56,596 nt of DNA from Halocafeteria seosinensis (taxonomy: Eukaryota): NCBI GenBank assembly GCA_001687465.1, contig LVLI01000382.1, positions 1-56,596 on the forward strand, given 5' to 3'. Position 1 is the stretch's first letter. Every line of letters starts with the position of its first letter. Under the pieces are notes generated by a model. That model was not told where the DNA came from. It searched no databases and saw only the letters and a program-made list of their open reading frames with translations. Shown here in pieces: positions 48,701 to 56,596 of this stretch. The position numbers and the translations under genes were made by a program.

Positions 48701-51700
48701 TGATAAGAAGATGAACAAATCAATGCCACATTCGGCCTATATTGACTTGCTGGATTCAGCGCTCAATATGGACGATCTCCGTGGCACCGTACCCCAGTTA
48801 GGAGTACCTATGATACTCTGGGATACGAAGTCAAACAAGTTTGTTGACTGTCCATTAAGTCAACACTTGAGTGTTGCAGAGCAGGACATTATCGATGATG
48901 AGGATCCAAATCTCGACGTTTATTGCACCCCATATTGCGTGCGGATAATGGAGAAAGAGTTTCCTGAACTCACCTATGATCATTTGAAGAGTGGCTGTGT
49001 GCTCGACCAGAACGCCATCGGTAAAATAAAAGCTGGTATAAAAGTTGCACGGACTTTATTAGCTTTACGAACATCTGGTGGCCATTACGTCCCACAAGAG
49101 AAAAATATCGTGGTTTGGCAATTACTGACTACGTTATCGAACCCTGAGCAAGCGTTCCATCTTTTTGAGCGTGAGGAGATAGAAACGCCTCAGGACTCCA
49201 AGGAAGACTGGCACAAAGTTGTAGATATTGCTTCAGGGGGAATTGTAAACCCATTACGAACATTGAATCCAGGAGAACGTGAGGAATTTGAAAAGCGTCA
49301 AAATTTTACTCTTGATGGTAGACCTAAGGAGGACTCCCTGCCAAATATGGAGTCAAAGTTTTCTCGAGATCGTTCTCCTTCTCCTCCCCAGGTATCAGGG
49401 AGCATGCACACCTCTAAGACCTCCCCAGAGCTCCACTCCATCGATGCAAGCCTTACACAACCGCAAACGGTTGCAACTGAGAATAGTGATGAAGAATACT
49501 CTTTGAAGCAGGAGGAAGAAATCGAAATGGAGCCACTAAGTGCGTTTGGGATTACGTATTCGGAAATAACGCGTCGTCAAACAGTGGCAGCTACAGAGCA
49601 AGAAGAATCCGTTATGAGGAAAATGACTAAATCCCAAAAGAAGCGATTTAAGTACTGGAAAGAAGAAGACAAGGAAGAACTTAACAAGCTTCAAGAAAAG
49701 GCTATGGCGAATCGGATTGCTCAAAATGCGAAAAGACAGGAGGAAAAACAGAATCAAAGCAAAAAGATGTCCAAAGATCGGGGGATTGTTCGCCTGGAGA
49801 ATGAGTTGGCGAGGTTAGAGAACGAGTCTGGAGTTATATTATACGGTGCTCGAGGACCGAACGTGGAATACTTCCCGAACACATCCGAGACTTTATTGAA
49901 AGGAAGCAAGCCCATATTTGGACAAAAGCGTGTTCAAGAGACACAAAACACTGATGTAATTGATCTCGAGGCCGATAAGGTAGGGAAGACAGCTGCAGAC
50001 ACTGTCCCTCTTCCAGGACAGCGACGTCTGACGAACGACGAGACTCTCAAACTATCCCGCAAGGAACTAAAGTTGGAGCAACTGGCGCCTGAGTCTCTTC
50101 CCGGGGTTGCTGAAGTACATCCTTTCTCTCCATTAGGTAAAGCTTTGGACTTGATTCGGGTAGACGGACGGGTTCATGGGGATAAACACAAGGATAGAAA
50201 AATCAGCGATAATCCTTCGGCGGCAGAAGCAAGTTATCTTCAACTGGCTACATTCAAGGACATGAGGGAGCACCAGAAGAATCTTGGCCCTTCGAGAGAC
50301 CCATTGCCCCTCATTGGGGACGAAAAGTTTGACGAATTCCTTTACCAAAACGATATCTACCACTACTTGTATCTCCAACGGCAGGCTAAATTTACCGCAT
50401 TTAGAACTGCTGCTTCTCGTAGAGCAATTGATTTTGACTCCCCGGCTATTGTCATTCAACGAGTAATGCGAGGACATTTGGGACGCAAACGCGCTAAGGA
50501 GCTGTGGGTATTGGTGTGTCTGTACAAAATGCAAAAGCAGGCGTCGATTGTTATTCAAAAAGTGATCCGTGGATTCTTGTGTAGAAGAAGGTACAATACT
50601 TTGCGAAAGAGAATGCTGAGACTATGGACTATTCAAAGAAGTGCGGAGAAGATTCAGATAGCCTACAGGCACCATGTCTTCCGCTGTAAGTTTATGGCTA
50701 AACGATGGGAAGATATGGCAACCAAAATTCAGCGGGTAGCCCGAGGATATATGGGAAGACTGCGATTCGCTCGAATGAAAGCAAGATTTGACAGAATAAA
50801 ACGGAGTAATGCTGCTGCTACTCTGATTCAGTCTAGCTTTCGGAGATGGCTGGCCCAGAAGGACTACAAGGAGTTGCTCATCTGGAATCTCTCTGCGGTT
50901 ACGCTTCAACGGCACTGGAAAGGTTGCCTTGCCCGAAGATTGATGTCCACAGTCGACGGATTTGATCATTATCGTAAAGGTCTTAATCAAGTGCTATACG
51001 GCTCAAGAGCCCTTGATCCCCAACTCGAGAGACTGCGGAGGAAAAGAGCTTCCTTGTCCTTAAACCGTTTCAAGTTGTTTCGCGAGGAGTACAACTTAAA
51101 AAAGTTGATCCGTTTTAAGAAGCAATCCATCAAGTCGAAAGAATTTGTGGATACCGAGTTCAAGAAATTGAAAGATAAGAAGCAGCAATTAGAGAAGATG
51201 GTTGGTCAACGGCAGTCTTTAGAACTGTCGATATCTTCCGAGAGGTCGTTTCGACAAAAGAACGCGGCCCAGTTATCAGAACGAAGAATCAACCAGTTGG
51301 CCCAGCAAACGGCAGTCAAAGAAGAGGAGCTATCAGAATTAATCATGGCTATCAATTTAAAAGAGGCTTCAATCAACAAAGAGGAGCAAGAATTGTGTCA
51401 CCGATCTTCGCAGCTACAGGGAAAAGTGGATAAGCTAGAAAGGGATATTATTGAATCTAACCGGACAATCGAAAATATAAAGCGCAAGGTAGAGAAGGAA
51501 ATTGATGAATACGGCGAAGTTGGTATCAAAACAAATGTTCTTCGTGAGCGACAATTGAGAGCTTTGCGAGATGACCGGCAAAGACTAGAAAAAGGGAAAC
51601 AAACTCCGACGAGCCAAACGGAAGAAGCAGCAGTGGAAATAGCGCCAACAGGCCGATTAGCTCTCACGGGATCCTTTGCAGCCTTCAAGACTTCACTCGA

Positions 51701-52595
51701 CAACATATACAAGCAAGGAGCATCGTTTTATGGAGCTCAAAGTGCCATTCGTTCGGCCTTTGTTCCACCAATGAGTGAAGACGAGCAATACGACCTATCG
51801 TTCAGTCATGGGTACGAAAGGGTTTTATCAGAAACCGACAAGCGGCTTATCTACGGTGTAGAAAGGGAGAAAAAACAAAACTCAGCGACGTTAGAACGAC
51901 GAGAGCTTGTGTCTTCAATTCTAGACCATACTGACTCGACACAGTTCAACTCCTCTATCAGATTTTGGACAGTTGAGGATATGTGTAGATGGCTGCGCAC
52001 GGCTGACCTCGCTGAGTACCAAGATATATTCAGGAGCCGCGATATAGATGGTGACACCTTCACTGACTTATCAAACGAAGACATTAAGGATGTCTTGGGC
52101 ATTCGTGCTAAGGCTCACTTGAACAAACTACTGGACTTCAGAAATCGTCTAAACGAAGGATACGCTGCCGAGTATGCCATGAAGAACGGCCAGTCGCCTT
52201 CTTTGAAGAAGCAGGACATCGGAAAAGCAAGGTCAAGGCTTCTTGAGTTATCCAAGAACGCAGCTCCTTCCGTCGAAAAGTTCTTCTCTTGGGTCAGGCA
52301 CTGTCGCACGGGACCTATGAAATCCGCAATGACAGCTGGGTTTGATCCAGATTCTAAGGACCGCAGTGGGAAAACAGCGTTACATATAGCAGCAGCAAAG
52401 TCTCAGTTGAACGCTGTAAAACTGTTGATCAGCTTTGGTGCCCATGTGAACGAGCCTGATTTTCAGGGGAATACAGCCTTACACTACGCAGTGACCAACG
52501 ATCCCTTCCGGGAAGTGGTTCAGTATCTCTTAAGTCACGGTGCCGATTCTGCTCAGTGTAACAGTGCAGGGCGGGAGGCGATAGAGGGTATCTAA
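45718..52595 (+). CDS. Giant multidomain protein: dynein MTBD-like segment, alpha/beta-hydrolase-like fold, IQ motifs, coiled coil, SAM, ankyrin repeats
   Basis: Main ORF 46584..52595 (2003 aa) plus probable upstream exons (45718.., 46298..; exon structure uncertain). IQ motifs IQRVMRGHLGR, IQKVIRGFLCR, IQRVARGYMGR, LQRHWKGCLAR. SAM WTVEDMCRWL..YQDIFRSRDIDG..LGI. ANK GKTALHIAA, GNTALHYA. Confidence 0.85.
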
Positions 52596-53499
52596 TGCTG
52601 TGAGCAGTAACCGGAGACTACAATACACGAATCTTACTGTGGCATCTGTCACACTGATGATCTGTGCTTTAGATTTAAAAAAAAAATAAAAAAAAATAAA
52701 TATATATATACAACCACATCCTTCATGAGTATGAGGTACGGTGACGAAAGTGTTGTACTCCGAAAACCGCACGCATTATGTAATCGTCTCTAGTGACTCT
52801 TTACATTCTTCTTGCCCTTGAGTTTCCAACGTTTATCGTACAAGATCTGTGTGTGTTACATTCATTAATAACTACCTTGTACCCAATAAGGAAGCACTGC
52901 AATAACGCTGTGTAGACTTACTTAACAAACTCTGTTTTTCTTTTCCTCCAAGGCAAGGGGGCTCGCTGCGATTCCTTCGCAGCCTGCATCGCAGGGGCCC
53001 TGCGGCAGGGCGAGTCGCAGCGCTTATCTTCACAACTGTTCTCTCAACACTGACCCGCATTTGTCTGCAAGCCGGAGAAACACTTATAATACTTCGGAGA
53101 GCTCTCAACATGCTATTATACACCTGGAAAGAAAAATTCTCAAGAAGAGTGCCAGATTGGGGTGCGATGCACAGATTTGAAGCTGCGATGGGCTCGATTT
53201 TCGACTAAATAGAGTGCAGTGCGTGCGCATCCAGCGTTGCGCATCGCGCTTGTACCCCTTGGTTGTCTGCTTCGCAGCCAGTGTACCTACAGGACTCGCC
53301 TTTGTGCGTGGTTTTGCTGGTTGTATTGGCCTACATACTATTGGGACAGTGGGAGTTTGAACCACCATCCTGCTAAGTTCCAATACTAACATTATAAAGC
53401 CTGCTAGCGGATTCTTGAAAATCTGAGCTGGTAGTGGTGGTGCCACTGACGTGACAATGGCGGCAGGTGAGAGGCGATGTTCTGAGTTTGTTTGTGTCC

Positions 53500-54618
53500 T
53501 GTAAACTACCGGTTAAAGTGGAAAGTGCTACGTGCAGAATCTCCTACTCGCTGTGCTAAGTTCTACAATCCTACAGAGCTCCAGACAGATCTGTGGCTGG
53601 GTGTGTCGACCTTGTACGCCGTGAAACTCAGTATACTGAAGCGATTGCTGCACACATAGAGAAGAAACATAATTAGGAAACGAAGAAACAGGGCAAAGGA
53701 AACAAGGGGTCGGGCAAGAAGAAAGAAGAACAAGAAGGCTGCAGCAGTCAGCACCGGGGCGGTAAACGTCAACGAGCTCCTCTGGACTTGAATCAAGTGT
53801 TTCGGGAGTCAAATCACACTCTGGCCGCACTGCATATGTATGTGTATGTTCAGAGAGAACCGGGGGAGTCGGACCAGTTCTGCTATTCATACCCGGTTAA
53901 AGCTCCCTATGCACGCTATCGTTCAAACGAAACACTTCGACATTTCAACGATGTGTTCTTTAGTGGAGAACGGTGGAAGTTTCTCAGAAGGTTTGGAGAT
54001 ATTCATCCAAGCGGGTCTCTGTCGGACAAGGACCCGCTATTACCATTCTTGGAAAAATTGGCTGAATACCATAGCCAACACGACATCTGGTACAACCCCG
54101 CATACCTGCATAAACACTATGACAAGGGACTAAGAACAGGATGTAATCTTCACCAGAAGCAATTCCCAGGGGAAAAAAGAACGGTCAAAACGAAGGCCAT
54201 CCAAGCGAAGGAGACCGATCCGATGACTCTGAGTGCCAAATTTTGGAGACTGTGCTAGACGAGGAAGAAGAAATTATCAATTATTTGCACAGTATTGTCG
54301 CTGTGCAGAATGTGAGCGTAATCCCGGAGGAAGCATTGCTGCGATTGTCGATGCCGTTGCCGACCAGTGTGGGGTGACGCCCGTGTATGTCTTCCCGGTG
54401 ATCTCGTCGCGCGTGACATACGGAATTGGGCAGTTCAGATCGCTAAGTGGTTAGCTCCCTTGGCAAACGAAAGCGTAAATTGCATGTTGTTCCAGTGGGT
54501 TCAAGGTGGCGATTCCCGTCGGACTCCCGCCCGAGGCTTCCATCTTATACTGTGTGGTATAACTCGTGGGAACATGGCCCGAATCCCGAGTATGAAGGAT
54601 CAGATTCTCCATACGTAA
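53500..54618 (+). pseudogene. Possible disrupted ORF of unknown family
   Basis: Overlapping + strand ORFs 53788..54258, 54233..54454 and 54367..54618 lie in different frames without evident splice sites, and there are in-frame stops upstream. Composition is protein-like but I recognise no motif. Confidence 0.3.
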
Positions 54619-54643
54619 ATTGAACCCAACAAGACAATTTCGA

Positions 54644-55291
54644 TTAGTGTGTGCCGCTCGACCCTGAAGTATCGCAACTGGCACTGGAGCTCTCGCTTTC
54701 CTCTTCCATTATCAAATACTTTTGTAGCTTCTTCTTGTTCTGCCGCAATCGGAACACGTTAGAGTCGAACAAATAAATTACTACTGTTCCATTCTTCGTA
54801 AGAACCCAGGAGCTGCGTAGCACCGAGGACACCTCAGTCCCCTTTACAATTCGCTCCGCGAAGTCTGGACTGCGAGGACGAGCATTAGGAAACCAGTCAT
54901 TCTTTAGCCAGTTGTCAGAAAAGAATTTTGTGTCACTGCGCGCATGGAAATAAGGATAGGAACCATCCGACCTATACCGGGTGTCGACAAGCAGGATAAA
55001 TCCACGCCTCCCTTTCTGGTGAATTGCAAACGCAGCTAGACCTTCACGGTCGCAGTCCTTGCTGATTTCTTTAATGGTTCCGTTAATTGGATTCCCTGCT
55101 CTTAGTTCCTCCAAAATCACTGTCTTCGCGTGGTCTGCGTTGACTGTGGGACTGAAGGATTGCGCTGGTGCTGCTGCAGTCTTGATACTTACGTCACCAA
55201 CCAGCACATTTTTAACCTGGTTTCGATTCTCTTTCATTGTAAGTTCTGTAAGTCGATCTTCTAGGTCTCGAATTTCTTTTCTGGCACTCAT
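54644..55291 (-). CDS. Hypothetical intronless protein (~215 aa) with an N-terminal coiled coil
   Basis: ORF 54644..55309, first ATG at 55291 (MSARKEIRDLEDRLTELTMKE). An AT-rich region lies upstream. Confidence 0.5.
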   Translation of the reverse strand: MSARKEIRDLEDRLTELTMKENRNQVKNVLVGDVSIKTAAAPAQSFSPTVNADHAKTVILEELRAGNPINGTIKEISKDCDREGLAAFAIHQKGRRGFILLVDTRYRSDGSYPYFHARSDTKFFSDNWLKNDWFPNARPRSPDFAERIVKGTEVSSVLRSSWVLTKNGTVVIYLFDSNVFRLRQNKKKLQKYLIMEEESESSSASCDTSGSSGTH

Positions 55292-56544
55292 TCTGTCGAC
55301 CCAGTACACCGTTTTCCCAGCGCAGGTTTTCTTTCCAGGCCGCAGTTAGCCACTTGGAGTCCGTTCAGACTCTTTTCTTTTGCTCACACTATATCAATAC
55401 ACGACACAATAGGAAAGATACGGTAGCATTAATGTTATATTTTACTTCCATTCTACCGTGCATGTGATTGTGTGTATGGTGCCGGCTCCTTGAAGGGAGC
55501 CGCCATCTTCAACCTGAACCATTCGGAAGCCTTCGGAAGGTCATTCTTCGAGGCATTGTAAGTGATCGATATCCGTCTGTTTTTTAATAGGTGAATATAT
55601 CTCTATTGAATACTATGAACCACGGTGCTCCTGCAGAAGGACCAAATGGTCGCAAATCTGGTCTCTGTGGCGCTCAGAAATCCCTGCTTTCCCTTGATTT
55701 GCACCCCTCTGACCGTCTATGCGGGCATCTAGGTCCAACGTAATGCCATTGGTCTACCGTGTTTGCCCTGTAGATCCGAAAAAGGAACCATTTTACCTCT
55801 GAACTGGGCAGCTTGAGGAGCTCGTGAAGGATAAAACCAGGGTGAAATTCGTACTGCTGAATCGTGATCGGCCTCTTCTTCAGCAATCAAACTCGAATTA
55901 CGTCCGAACACGTCGAGCATGTCCCTGTGAGTGCATAGACTGCATGATTCCATTCTACCGGCGATTGTGCGCCGTCATCGTCCGGTCATTTTTCCCTTGG
56001 GGGAAGAAGACATCCGCCATGCGCCCTCGCGCACGCTTTTCCGAGCCTCCAGAATCTATCAGATTCTGACTACCCTCAGAGTCAGAGCTGCGAGAGAAGC
56101 GCTCAAATCACGATAGTAGTTTTATTGGAACGACTACATTTTTATCCCAAGCAAAAGTCGGATGAAGTCACAAGAGGAAATGGTACACGTAGCGCGATAC
56201 ACACACAAATGTGACAGATAACCCACCGGCCGGGGAATTGACCGCATCCTCTTAACGAGGAGCGGTATGCGCCCGTGTTAAGCAGCGACGGGCCCGCTGT
56301 TCCTGCAGCCTTGCTGACGTGCGCCGTGAGGAAACACAACACTGGTTGTGCTCAGGAGGCATCGGAGGAGGAGCCATGCCTGCGCCCACGACGTCAGGGG
56401 TATCGTCAAGGCTCAGTCTGGCAGGAGAAGACCATTGGGAGCCAGTGGATATGATCGAACTTGCTGTGACTCTAGTATCTGCTTATTTGTCCATCCTTGC
56501 ATTACAGCGTTGGTGTCTGGCACTATCGAACATATATTACTATC

Positions 56545-56590
56545 AGTAAAATGGTGAATTTTTAAAAAGTGGAAAATTCACCATTTTACT
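56545..56590. repeat. Perfect 18-bp inverted repeat with a 10-nt spacer
   Basis: agtaaaatggtgaatttt (56545-56562), taaaaagtgg, aaaattcaccattttact (56573-56590). Confidence 0.92.
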
Positions 56591-56596
56591 TTTAAC

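Overview
This is a compact, intron-rich eukaryotic genome window with GT-AG introns mostly 55-90 nt long. The gene content suggests a stramenopile-like protist (inference). The left ~11.4 kb is a mobile-element block. It holds a frameshifted Crypton-type tyrosine recombinase that runs off the left edge and is missing from the ORF track. Head-to-head with it is an intact ~2,300-aa Helitron2/Helentron-type HUH-Rep + Pif1 helicase with three ~110-aa N-terminal repeats. Next come a spliced RPA70-like OB-fold gene and a 3' terminus (subterminal inverted repeat + hairpin + T-tract), joined head-to-tail to a ~1.28-kb non-autonomous element with the same ends. The host genes that follow are: mitochondrial AspRS, a DUF4807-like protein, D-serine dehydratase, a TOM1/THH1-like membrane protein, an ammonium transporter-ankyrin fusion (second twin-His changed to Gln), an unknown helical protein, three tandem cullin-1 paralogs (two with remodelled adaptor-binding helices), a CBM20-TPS-TPP fusion with degenerate catalytic motifs, UFC1 with a 12-nt microexon, PRP17/CDC40, and a giant dynein-MTBD-like / alpha-beta-hydrolase-like / IQ / SAM / ankyrin protein. 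The last ~4 kb holds orphan and broken ORFs and ends in a perfect 18-bp inverted repeat. All domain calls come from motif recognition by eye, not database searches.
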